This document shows, one piece after another, positions 44,653 through 53,032 of a stretch of DNA of 60,168 nucleotides. A program made the translations under genes and the position numbers. The DNA comes from a virus (taxonomy: Duplodnaviria; Caudoviricetes): the IMG/VR virus record IMGVR_UViG_3300031753_000007, positions 1-60,168 of that record, one strand, 5' to 3'. The notes beneath the pieces are model-generated. The model had not been told where the DNA came from, searched no databases, and saw only the letters and a list, made by a program, of their open reading frames with translations. Numbering within the stretch: the stretch's first letter is position 1; each line of letters starts with the position of its first letter.

Positions 44653-46349
44653 ACGGATGCCTCCTGGGCGAGGCCATCACGGAACCACTTGCGGAAGCGT
44701 GGACCGAGCGCCTGCCAGTCAAGGTGTACCACGTGTGCGCGCCAGTCCTCCTTCTCCTCAAGCATCACCGCCGCACGCAGCACCCAGTCGTCTACGTTGT
44801 ACACAGGGCGGAGGGCGTTATGGGGACCTTCAAGGCGCCATGCCTTGGGCTGGATGAGTAAGGCGCCTAATCCACAGGTGCTCATGAGACTGGCGCCGGA
44901 GGCGTAGTTGCCGTGGAGCACAGGGACGCCGCACGCGAGGCTCTCAAAGGTCGCATAACCGAAGCCCTCGCCTAAGCCGATCGCAAGCGTCAGGTCGCAG
45001 TCGCGGTAGCACGCGGCCATCTGCTTGTCGCCCGCTGGTGGCAGCGTGACCTCGACCACGTCTTCTAAGTGGTAGTCCGCGAGCAAGGCTGGGATGCTCC
45101 ACGCTCTAATGAGCACGTCGACGTGCCACCATGCAGAGAAGGTCGTGCCTTCGGTGGCGAGTATGTCGCGCAGTTTGGCACATACGGCTGCGGCAAGGCC
45201 CCAGTCTTTGCGTGCTTGGTTCGTGCCCACGACGCCGATGCGAACGTGACGCGCTACCTCCGCCTTCCGGGGCATACGATACGTACGGTACGGACAGTCC
45301 TTGTGATGGGCCCACGGTGGAGCGAAGCAATCGTGCTTGGGATCTACGCCGCAGGTACAGTCTGGCACAGCGACGCCGGCACCCACGGGCAGCGCACCCT
45401 CGCGGCGCATACGCTCGACATCGGCCACCGCGGCAGCCGTCGACTCCTTGTGGCTCATGAGCGCCACCGCTACCTCCAAAGGATCTCGTGCAGGGCTCTC
45501 CGCTTCGCATGGAGGGTCAGCGGGTGCGACCCGACTTACGACTGGTGCTTCCAGCCCTGCGTCTAGCGCCAGAGGATCACGATCAGCACGATCAGGAGGG
45601 TCGCCAGTGCCATCGCCGCCACCCACACGAGCTCCTCGTCGGTCATCGTGCGCCCCCTTGGCCAGAGGAACGTGTGCCGTGTCTGCTAATGTCCCCGGTA
45701 CGGCACCTACGGGAACCGTGTCGACCACTGGGGTGACAGTGGTGGCAAGGGGCACCTCCTTTCCCTCGGCCAGAGGCTTGAACACGTGCAATTGCATCCC
45801 GTGGGGCATCCAAGTCAGGTCACGCTTGGCAGCCTCCACGTGGCCGATCGTGGCACGCACCACCTCCACTGCCCACGGCGAGGTGACAAGGATGCGATCG
45901 TAGCCGAGCAGCACCTCTCGGCTGACTGCTGTGAGAGCCCCGCCTGGGCCCTCGTGGTCCTGTGGAAAGTAGCCCCACAGGCCGATGTGGTGACGCAGCC
46001 ACATGAGGTCAGCGCGCTGGCGCTCATCCGCCACGTGCTCGGGGCGTGCCAGCCACAGCATGCGCGTGAGGTCGAAGATCGTGAGCACGATCCCCGGCGT
46101 CTCGCCTGCGAAGTCGCGCCAGCACGCGACGAGGCTCAACTCCCCGTACTCATAGTCGCCACTTGGATAACGTCCTAGGTGGTACTGCTGCCACGGGAAG
46201 CACACGCTGCCTGTGCCGAGCAAGCCCAGCGTGGCTACCCTCCACTCCGGCTGGCTGCACATGAGCGAGGCGAGGTCCCGCGTGATGCGTCCGAGGCCAC
46301 TGGACGTGTCAGGCGCATCCGAGAGCAGCATGAGCGGCACCTGTTGCAT
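44649..46349 (-). CDS. GT4 (GT-B) glycosyltransferase with long interdomain insertion
   Basis: SDAPDTSSGLGRI, MPHG, GTNQARKD, EGFGYATFESLACGVP. Confidence 0.88.
   Translation of the reverse strand: MQQVPLMLLSDAPDTSSGLGRITRDLASLMCSQPEWRVATLGLLGTGSVCFPWQQYHLGRYPSGDYEYGELSLVACWRDFAGETPGIVLTIFDLTRMLWLARPEHVADERQRADLMWLRHHIGLWGYFPQDHEGPGGALTAVSREVLLGYDRILVTSPWAVEVVRATIGHVEAAKRDLTWMPHGMQLHVFKPLAEGKEVPLATTVTPVVDTVPVGAVPGTLADTAHVPLAKGAHDDRRGARVGGGDGTGDPPDRADRDPLALDAGLEAPVVSRVAPADPPCEAESPARDPLEVAVALMSHKESTAAAVADVERMRREGALPVGAGVAVPDCTCGVDPKHDCFAPPWAHHKDCPYRTYRMPRKAEVARHVRIGVVGTNQARKDWGLAAAVCAKLRDILATEGTTFSAWWHVDVLIRAWSIPALLADYHLEDVVEVTLPPAGDKQMAACYRDCDLTLAIGLGEGFGYATFESLACGVPVLHGNYASGASLMSTCGLGALLIQPKAWRLEGPHNALRPVYNVDDWVLRAAVMLEEKEDWRAHVVHLDWQALGPRFRKWFRDGLAQEASV
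45563..45646 (-). CDS. Nested single-TM micropeptide inside the GT4 insertion
   Basis: AAGGGGG SD; MTDEELVWVAAMALATLLIVLIVILWR with GC3-rich codons. Confidence 0.6.
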   Translation of the reverse strand: MTDEELVWVAAMALATLLIVLIVILWR

Positions 46350-46353
46350 GCGC

Positions 46354-46650
46354 CTATGCCTTGGCCGCGAGCTTATGCGCCGCTTTGGCCTGCTGCGCCC
46401 GCCACACCTTCCACCTAGTCTGCTGGGCCTCGCGGATCGCCTGGCGGCCGGCCTTTGACATCTTGGGACGCATGGACACGACCTTGCCGCGGCCCTGGCG
46501 TGCCTTGGTCGCGTGCACCGCGTGCTCGGTGCCGTTGAGTGCTGCGAGCGCCCGGTCGCATGCCTCCGCGCGAGCACGTGCCTTGGCACCCTCGTGCTTG
46601 AGCTGAGCGATGATCGCGCCGTAGATTGCATGGCTCTGCTTGGCGTTCAT
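46354..46650 (-). CDS. Basic coiled-coil, nucleoid-associated-like protein
   Basis: N-terminal coiled coil plus KMSKAGRQAIREAQQTRW. Confidence 0.6.
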   Translation of the reverse strand: MNAKQSHAIYGAIIAQLKHEGAKARARAEACDRALAALNGTEHAVHATKARQGRGKVVSMRPKMSKAGRQAIREAQQTRWKVWRAQQAKAAHKLAAKA

Positions 46651-47225
46651 TGTGGGATCCTCCGGTCGACGCGGGCGCGGGCCTCGACAGCCTTGCCGCA
46701 CGTAGGGCACGTCATGCTCTCGGCGGGCTTGCCGTTGCCGTTCGCTGGGAAGTTGCGCGCGCCGTTCACGGTGAACGCGGGCTTGCCTTCCTGTTCGGTC
46801 TCGGCATGCTTACAGTAGCCGTCCCACTTGACCACCGCCTTGAACGCTTTGCCTTCGGCGGCCTCGATGGCAGCAGCCTTGTCCTGATTCGTCCGCGCGC
46901 TCCGCTCGGGCGCCCCCACGGGATAGACCGCGCGCAGGTGGTCGGTCATCATGCTCACGTTCACGCCCTGGCGCTGGAAGGGCTTGGCGCTCACGCGGTC
47001 GAAGTTGAGGGTGCGGCCCTCGAACTCCCCCGACGCGACGGTCTGGGTCATGTTGGCGCTGAGATAGCCCTTGTCGGTGGCGGCGAACTCGGGCTTGCCC
47101 TGGATGAAGGTGTAGGTGCCCTCGGGGATTGGCGGTGGGAACCCGGTGGCGTCCGCGTAGGTCGCATCGTCTGCGATCTGGATATCCTCTTCGACTAGCT
47201 TCAGGTTGGAAAGGTCCGGTGACAT
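46647..47225 (-). CDS. Putative ssDNA-binding protein
   Basis: PIPEGTYTF..GRTL; position in recombination module; C-terminal CPTC. Confidence 0.55.
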   Translation of the reverse strand: MSPDLSNLKLVEEDIQIADDATYADATGFPPPIPEGTYTFIQGKPEFAATDKGYLSANMTQTVASGEFEGRTLNFDRVSAKPFQRQGVNVSMMTDHLRAVYPVGAPERSARTNQDKAAAIEAAEGKAFKAVVKWDGYCKHAETEQEGKPAFTVNGARNFPANGNGKPAESMTCPTCGKAVEARARVDRRIPQ

Positions 47226-47276
47226 TGCGTGTATCTCCTTGTGCCCTGGTTGGGCGGTTGCATGTATCTACTTATG

Positions 47277-47295
47277 CTTACGTATAAGTACGTAC
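47277..47295. repeat. 19-bp direct repeat, copy 1
   Basis: CTTACGTATAAGTACGTAC. Confidence 0.9.
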
Positions 47296-47310
47296 CACTT
47301 GTCCGCGTGC

Positions 47311-47895
47311 TCAGCAGCTGCACGAGAAGTAAGTCGGGCGCGTCGTGAACTTCTGCCCGGTTACGTTCTCTACATGATCCCAGAACTCAGGCGGGATCTC
47401 TCCGCGTGCGTCACGTCCCGAGAAGTGCAAATACTCCCCGTCCATATAACTCGACCCGTAGTCGAGCCCGCCCACCTGAGTTTTGGCGCCAGTAATCACA
47501 TTCATGACCGTGTCGTAGTCAGGGCAATCGGCGCCGCTGATGAATTCGCGCAACCACTTCTCCGAAGCCGACTTCGATTGGCTTGCTAAACCCGGCTCGT
47601 CCGCGAAGGCCGGATGCGTCCATACATGTCGCAGCGAATTGATCTGCCTCGGGTACACCACTAGCCAGAAGCGCTCCCCTGGCATCACAGGTGCCTTCAG
47701 GAAGGGGTCGACGATGCCGACCGGGTCCTTTGTCGTGCCATCTACGCCTACGTCCTGTCCGGGGTAGAGCTTCTCCTGCGCCACCGTGGGCTCGACCGCT
47801 AAGTGGATTGCATCGCGCTTCTCCCCTTCGCCAATGATCGTGCCCAGCGTCGCCAGCGCATCCGTGTGTACGCTTCTCTTCTCGGCATCCGCCAT
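47311..47895 (-). CDS. Conserved phage hypothetical protein
   Basis: AGGAG SD; RDAIHLAV, GIVDPFL, SLRHVWTHPAF. Confidence 0.8.
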   Translation of the reverse strand: MADAEKRSVHTDALATLGTIIGEGEKRDAIHLAVEPTVAQEKLYPGQDVGVDGTTKDPVGIVDPFLKAPVMPGERFWLVVYPRQINSLRHVWTHPAFADEPGLASQSKSASEKWLREFISGADCPDYDTVMNVITGAKTQVGGLDYGSSYMDGEYLHFSGRDARGEIPPEFWDHVENVTGQKFTTRPTYFSCSC

Positions 47896-47913
47896 CTTAC
47901 TTCTCCTACGCCA

Positions 47914-47932
47914 CTTACGTATAAGTACGTAC
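47914..47932. repeat. 19-bp direct repeat, copy 2
   Basis: CTTACGTATAAGTACGTAC. Confidence 0.9.
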
Positions 47933-48051
47933 AATACTAGATATAGCGAGAGGCGGCGACGTCCGCTAGCCCGTCAGCCACCACATCAGCGCTGCGAAGG
48001 CGAGCGCCACCACAGCGGCGACGACGATCAGGCGCTCCTCGTGGCTACCGA

Positions 48052-49125
48052 TCACTTCACCACTCCCGTCAACGCAAGCTCCGCCGCTTTCTGCTGCCTC
48101 GCCTCGATCTCCTGCACGATGTCCCAGAGCAAGGTCTCCGCACCAAACTTCCCTTTCTTGTCCTTGTCGAAGACGTAGTAGTCGGGGATGCCGTTGAGTG
48201 CGCTCGTGGGGATACGCGAGTTGCACAGGTGCAGCACGTCCTTCGTGACCGCATTAAAGGTCTCGTAGAAGCTAGTGAGGTAGACGCGGAACTCGCCGGT
48301 GCGACCGTCCGCGCTGGGCCACTTGCTAACGCCTAGGCATGGCCCAAACCAACGTGGTGCGTCGTCAGTCGCAGCGTGCCCCGCGAGCTTCGGCCCGAAC
48401 ACTGGCGTCCTGCGCACGTCATCCTCGCCACGATCCTTGTGCGCCGTCCACAGCACGTAGTCGACGCCGGGGATGTTGCGGCTATAATTCACCGCTTGCT
48501 CGATGCGGCGTTGCGCGATGCCATAGGAGGAGCGTGAGGCGCCGGCCACGTCGACCGTACCGTCCTTGAAGCGTACCGCCACGTCCTCACCGATCTTGGT
48601 GCCCGAGGCGCTCAGGTCGCTCATCCGCCCCATCAGGCGCGAGCTGAAGCCGGTGAGGCCCTCGTACATGAGCACACCAATCTTCTTTGAGTCGATGCCA
48701 TTCGCTGGGTTGAACACCTGCCTAGCGCGTATAGGCAGCACCGCCTTACACTTCGCACACGGCACACTCGTCTGCGTCGCCTTCCCTTGGTCGAATGCAC
48801 GCGTCTGGCAAGCGGCGCATTCGGCTATGTAGCGTACGAGCGTAGGTGCCTGTAGAGGCGAGGTAGGGTCCTCAGGGTTTTCTGGCCAGTACCCTCGGGA
48901 GGCATCCAGAATGGTCTCGAAGGGATAAGGTGTGTCACCAATATCCCAGCTATCGAGCGTGCCCGCGATCTTGTGATAGGCGATGGACGCGAAGCCACCG
49001 TCCGCGTTGTAGAGGCGTCCACGCTTGCCTGTGGCACGGTGCAGTCCTGTCAGGAAGGTGCCGAGGAGCGACGTCTTCACGTGGCCGGACGGAGCCCATA
49101 CGCAAATCAGCTGCTTAACCATCAA
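48052..49125 (-). CDS. Sak4/AAA_24-like P-loop NTPase with zinc insert
   Basis: WAPSGHVKTS (variant Walker A), LMYEGLT, WTAH, GPKLAG; CAAC..CAKC. Confidence 0.7.
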   Translation of the reverse strand: MMVKQLICVWAPSGHVKTSLLGTFLTGLHRATGKRGRLYNADGGFASIAYHKIAGTLDSWDIGDTPYPFETILDASRGYWPENPEDPTSPLQAPTLVRYIAECAACQTRAFDQGKATQTSVPCAKCKAVLPIRARQVFNPANGIDSKKIGVLMYEGLTGFSSRLMGRMSDLSASGTKIGEDVAVRFKDGTVDVAGASRSSYGIAQRRIEQAVNYSRNIPGVDYVLWTAHKDRGEDDVRRTPVFGPKLAGHAATDDAPRWFGPCLGVSKWPSADGRTGEFRVYLTSFYETFNAVTKDVLHLCNSRIPTSALNGIPDYYVFDKDKKGKFGAETLLWDIVQEIEARQQKAAELALTGVVK

Positions 49126-49379
49126 AAGTCCCCGCCTGCCCCACCACCGCCTGTCGTGCCACCGTCGAAGCCATCGAAGGTATCGGTTGAGGGTGTGTCA
49201 GGCGTTGGGTCAGGCGCTGAGAATGCATCCGCCACCACCTCGGCCGCCGCCACGACGCCCAGCATGCCAATGCCCGCGTCATCATCCTCAGGTGGAGGCG
49301 TATACACATGTGTCGCGTGCCTGCGATCGTAGACCACGTGAATGCCTTGCCTGCGCCTCTCGATGCCATCCCAGCTCAT
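49122..49379 (-). CDS. Small protein with WDGIERR start and Gly-rich C-terminus
   Basis: AAGGAGG SD; FDGFDGGTTGGGGAGGDF. Confidence 0.75.
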   Translation of the reverse strand: MSWDGIERRRQGIHVVYDRRHATHVYTPPPEDDDAGIGMLGVVAAAEVVADAFSAPDPTPDTPSTDTFDGFDGGTTGGGGAGGDF

Positions 49380-50061
49380 GTGTCGCCTCCTTTATTCGCC
49401 TTGCTCCTCATGCCAACGTCTAATGAACTGCTCGGCATCCGCTTTGGTAGCGAAGGAGCTATGAGTCATCCGATCACGCTGGCCGTCGATCGTAAGTACC
49501 CCCTCGACGATGCGGAAACGATTAGCGGTGTAAGCATCGGCTAGTTCTTCGACAATGCGCAAACGATGCATTTGTTGCCTCCTGTTATGCCGCCTTACTC
49601 CTCAAGCCGTTGCTCCTCGACCTCGACGATGCAGTCTAACCGACGCAGCATGTTCGCTATGTCAAGAGCTACGCCTGCGTTACCGATCTGCCAGAACTTG
49701 CGCCAATGCCCACGCTTGTCCTGCTTACTGAACACGCCGATGTATTCATTCACTACGAGCCTGAGATGGTGAGTCATCTGCGTATCGCTATGCCGCCTTA
49801 CTCTCGCACTCCGTGCACGTCGTCCACAAGGCGAGTGCATCGTCGCACTGACAGCACATCCTCTCCCTACAACCCGTGCACTCGTGGTAGTGGTTCTGAT
49901 TCTTGTACCCTGGCGCCACCCACTCGTTGTTGGCCCAGTCCTGCAGCCACGTCGACAGATGCTCCCGATGCCGTACGTAATCCTCTGGTGATGCTGCCAT
50001 CGTGTCCTCATCTCTCTTGGGGGAGGGCTTTTCAGGCACGACTTACACAACTTATCTCGTG

Positions 50062-51324
50062 TTACTCACCACCTTCTATCGCATGGTGATCTTTCCTGGG
50101 CAAATAGAGCCCACTGCCCTGCATGTCCTCCGCCACATTATGCGTCCAACACGCATCCCACATGGCACACTTACTCGGATAGTGGCACGAGCGCTCGTTC
50201 TGCGCGTAGTGCTCGTCTAAGCCAAAGCCTTGATCGGCGGCGATAGTCGCATTCGCCAGCTCGACTTGGCGCGTGATCGCCACGATCTGCTTCACCTTGG
50301 CCTCGATCCTTTCAGCCGAACGCATGATCGGTGGCACCGTGATGAACTGGTCCTCCACGACCTCCTCCGGCAGCCAGTTCACCCAGTAATCGACCGCACT
50401 TGAGGCGCCTAGTGGGCTCATAGGGAAATGTTCACGCCACACTGCGAAGCGTCCCCATCCCTTACGCTTGGTGTACTCCCACGCGTACTCAAGCTGCCTG
50501 AGCGGTGGATCCGCCTCACACTTGTAGCCCCAGATGAGCGGGGAGGAGTCGCGGTAGCCTATGACGGTGCCCACGCTGTCCTTCACTGGCATCCTGCGGC
50601 CCTTCACGAGGCCCTCGATGATGACGCCCCCGAACTCATGCCCATGCCGGCGCTCAGCCGCGAGCAGCTCCGTCATCAGCTGCATGTCCACTTCCCAGGT
50701 ACGCATCCAGCGCTCGTCGGCGGTGCCCACGGTCTTGAAGTTCACTACGAAGAGGCGGTGGTCGTACTTGCGCCTCACCACAGCATCTGCGCGTACCGCC
50801 AGCGTGACGTCATCAGAGAGAAGCACACGATCTTCAGCTTCAATTTCCACCACTTCGTATTCCGCTTGCCATTTCGGCCAGCGTACTCTAGCCCACGCAA
50901 GTACCAGAGCCTCCACAAGAGCCGATTGCTCCTCAATAACTGCTTGCTCATCGCCTGCCTCCTCGATCGCCAGACCACGCTCCTCGACCTCCGCCAGATA
51001 ACTTGACCTTGATTTCTGTGCGGCCTCGGATGCATTGCCTGTTGCCAGCAAGTACTCGAGGCCTTTGTGCACGTAGATCCCTGTGGCCAGTGGCAACGCA
51101 TGCTTCCTGCGCTCCCACCCACGCGTAGCAGCCACAAAGCGTATCTCCGCCTTGCACGCCTCACAGTGCGTGCCTTGAGGTGCCTCGTTCCACTGCTTGC
51201 CACAGCTAGTGCACACCCAATGGTCGACGCTGGCGTTCGGTGCCTCGTACTGAAACCATCGCAACCTTGGACACCTTTGCCAAGCAGCTATAGCGCTACG
51301 GCTGGTTACGATTCCGCCGCTCAC
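50062..51324 (-). CDS. PD-(D/E)XK (Cas4/RecB-like) exonuclease
   Basis: SRSAIAAWQRCPR, GIYVHKGLE, EAE, RADAVV, NFKT, SCHYPSKCAMWDAC. Confidence 0.85.
   Translation of the reverse strand: MSGGIVTSRSAIAAWQRCPRLRWFQYEAPNASVDHWVCTSCGKQWNEAPQGTHCEACKAEIRFVAATRGWERRKHALPLATGIYVHKGLEYLLATGNASEAAQKSRSSYLAEVEERGLAIEEAGDEQAVIEEQSALVEALVLAWARVRWPKWQAEYEVVEIEAEDRVLLSDDVTLAVRADAVVRRKYDHRLFVVNFKTVGTADERWMRTWEVDMQLMTELLAAERRHGHEFGGVIIEGLVKGRRMPVKDSVGTVIGYRDSSPLIWGYKCEADPPLRQLEYAWEYTKRKGWGRFAVWREHFPMSPLGASSAVDYWVNWLPEEVVEDQFITVPPIMRSAERIEAKVKQIVAITRQVELANATIAADQGFGLDEHYAQNERSCHYPSKCAMWDACWTHNVAEDMQGSGLYLPRKDHHAIEGGE
50775..50951 (-). CDS. Candidate overprinted 58-aa basic/aromatic protein inside the exonuclease gene
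   Basis: GAGGAGG-6 nt-ATG; host-frame GC3 drop. Confidence 0.4.
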   Translation of the reverse strand: MSKQLLRSNRLLWRLWYLRGLEYAGRNGKRNTKWWKLKLKIVCFSLMTSRWRYAQMLW

Positions 51325-51853
51325 GATCTGCCTCCAAGTGGTGCTTGCGGCAGAGCCATCTTATTTCCAGCGGCTTGCTGTAATCGTCGTGGTGACGAAC
51401 ACCCATCGCATCGCACTGAGCGACCTCGCATACTTGAGCGACGGGATAAGCATGAAGGGCCATCATTCTGGCAAGATGTCGGTCTTTGTGGCGTTCTCGA
51501 TAGGCCTTGTAATACATCAAGACACGCTCTCGGTTGCGGAGGCGCCATGCCTTTATACGAGCCCGCTTCTTGACGGGGTCCTGTAGGTCGGCATCCGTCC
51601 GAAACCTTTCTAAGTAGGCCAGCCACTTTTGTGGGTTGTTGCGACGGAAGCGCTCGCGGCGCTTGCGTGAATCGCATTTGTGGCAGTAAGCCCGAGCTAT
51701 GATCCGCGTGCGATTGCGGTAGGGTATGCGCACTAGGCCAAAGCAATCGAGGACAGCTAGAAGGCGTTGACATGAAGGGCAGACTTTGGTGACCTTTGAC
51801 CATGCCTTCAGCTCGGATGTCGTGAACTTTGCTTTCCATGTATCTCTTTGCAT
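51296..51853 (-). CDS. HNH homing-endonuclease-like protein
   Basis: CPSC..YCHKC zinc finger; HHDDYSKPLEIRWLCRKHH. Confidence 0.85.
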   Translation of the reverse strand: MQRDTWKAKFTTSELKAWSKVTKVCPSCQRLLAVLDCFGLVRIPYRNRTRIIARAYCHKCDSRKRRERFRRNNPQKWLAYLERFRTDADLQDPVKKRARIKAWRLRNRERVLMYYKAYRERHKDRHLARMMALHAYPVAQVCEVAQCDAMGVRHHDDYSKPLEIRWLCRKHHLEADRERRNRNQP

Positions 51854-51859
51854 CTAGCC

Positions 51860-51889
51860 AATATAGCGCAATATCACCACTATTTTCAA
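51860..51889 (-). promoter_or_regulatory. Promoter for HNH gene (probably leaderless transcript)
   Basis: TTGAAA-18-TATATT-6-ATG. Confidence 0.55.
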
Positions 51890-51953
51890 GCCACCAGCAC
51901 AGTCGATTGCAACGCTGCCAAGCGGAGATGGCGCTCCTCGACGTGGTGATCAT
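51880..51953 (-). pseudogene. Orphaned duplicate of the exonuclease N-terminus
   Basis: MITTSRSAISAWQRCNRLCWW vs IVTSRSAIAAWQRCPRLRWF. Confidence 0.8.
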
Positions 51954-52478
51954 TTCCTGAACACCTGCTCGTCGACCGCCTTCACATGCTCCACCAGCTC
52001 CGCGAGCTGTGCCGCGATCTCCCGCAGCAGCACCATGGTCACGTAACTGATATCTAGCTGGGTTGCACTGGCAACGTCTACGATACCTATGACGCGTATC
52101 TCGTCGGCAGTCACTGCGTCTCCTTCGCCTGTCGCAGCGCCTGCACATACTCGATCAGCGCCGCCCAGACTTCCGCTTCGAGGTAGATGGTGTTGGTGAC
52201 GCGGACGCCATCCTCGGTCGTGAGCACGAGCCCGCGGTCGTCGCGGTCTACGTACACGCCATCGCCTATGTAAGCCTTCGTCCCTGTCCGGCTCACTTAG
52301 CCTCCTGCGTTTTCGCTGCTTCATTCAGGCAATTCGCACATTCGACATCGTCAAGTACAGCGGTAGCACTCACGCTGATGCCGAACGCACGACCGAGCTG
52401 CTCCAGCTTCATTGCATGCAGTAGGCAGCTCGGTACGTCTTTGCCCGGCCAATGTACGATCAACACAGCTGCGGTCAC
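51950..52478 (-). other. Three small coupled ORFs (52293-52478, 52111-52296, 51950-52114)
   Basis: GTGA overlaps; YIGDGVYV..NTIYLE motif in 52111-52296. Confidence 0.7.
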
Positions 52479-52732
52479 TTAGCCTCCTGTTTGCGCGCCC
52501 GCACCAGCCCATCGGTCACCAGCTTGCGTATGACGCCTGAGACGCTCACCGGCACTCCGTAGCGCTCGGTCAGGCGCTCCGCCTCCCGCTCGATCAGGCG
52601 CTTGAGTCCCTGCGGGATGCGCATCTGGAACTGAATCATGGCCTCGTCCTCGCGGGCGGTGTAGAGTGCGGCGCTCTCTGCGGAGGCGTCGCCTGCGTTG
52701 TCATCTCTTGTCGTGTGGGTGTCTCGTGTCAC
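52475..52732 (-). CDS. Ribbon-helix-helix regulator
   Basis: IQFQMRIPQGLKRLIEREA..SVSGVIRKLV. Confidence 0.75.
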   Translation of the reverse strand: MTRDTHTTRDDNAGDASAESAALYTAREDEAMIQFQMRIPQGLKRLIEREAERLTERYGVPVSVSGVIRKLVTDGLVRARKQEAK

Positions 52733-52739
52733 GCCAGCG

Positions 52740-52769
52740 ACTCTACGCGTCTGTGCCCTACGTTGTCAA
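52740..52769 (-). promoter_or_regulatory. Sigma70 promoter of the leftward operon
   Basis: TTGACA-18-TAGAGT-7-GTG. Confidence 0.7.
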
Positions 52770-52860
52770 GCGGCTAGATATGGTGTGCCACCTTAGCATG
52801 CACGCAATAGGTGGTGTAAGTGGCGGAGAGGTGTGCACTTTTGCACAGGCGTGTAAATAC

Positions 52861-52869
52861 TGTGGATAA
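52861..52869. promoter_or_regulatory. Consensus DnaA box
   Basis: TGTGGATAA in the intergenic region upstream of the helicase-like gene. Confidence 0.4.
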
Positions 52870-53032
52870 GGTAGCAAACCTCTTGCCATAACTGTAGAGC
52901 TGGGTGTAGGGTGTCGGGCACGAGCGATCGAAAGCAGTTCAGGCTGCGATTCGCGTAGCTTGCACAAGAGGACCGGGTTGGCGGCCTTATCCCGCTAGCC
53001 CGGACTCTGCCCTTGATAAGGAAGGGAGCCCC

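Noticed and set aside
45250-45775. Intein in GT4
   Set aside because: No Cys/Ser start with His-Asn end and no splicing-block motifs.
46350-46631. N-terminal extension of the GT4 gene
   Set aside because: It is an alternative frame of ORF 46354-46650; GT motifs begin at ATG 46349.
50062-51324. Cas4 as part of a CRISPR system
   Set aside because: No array or other cas genes; context is a standard exonuclease-Sak4-SSB module.
51296-51953. Group I intron around the HNH gene
   Set aside because: No non-coding room for a ribozyme core, and the N-terminus is duplicated rather than interrupted.
52871-52945. c-di-GMP-I riboswitch (GCAAACC..CGAAAG)
   Set aside because: Elements are too far apart and the second GCAAA stem is absent.
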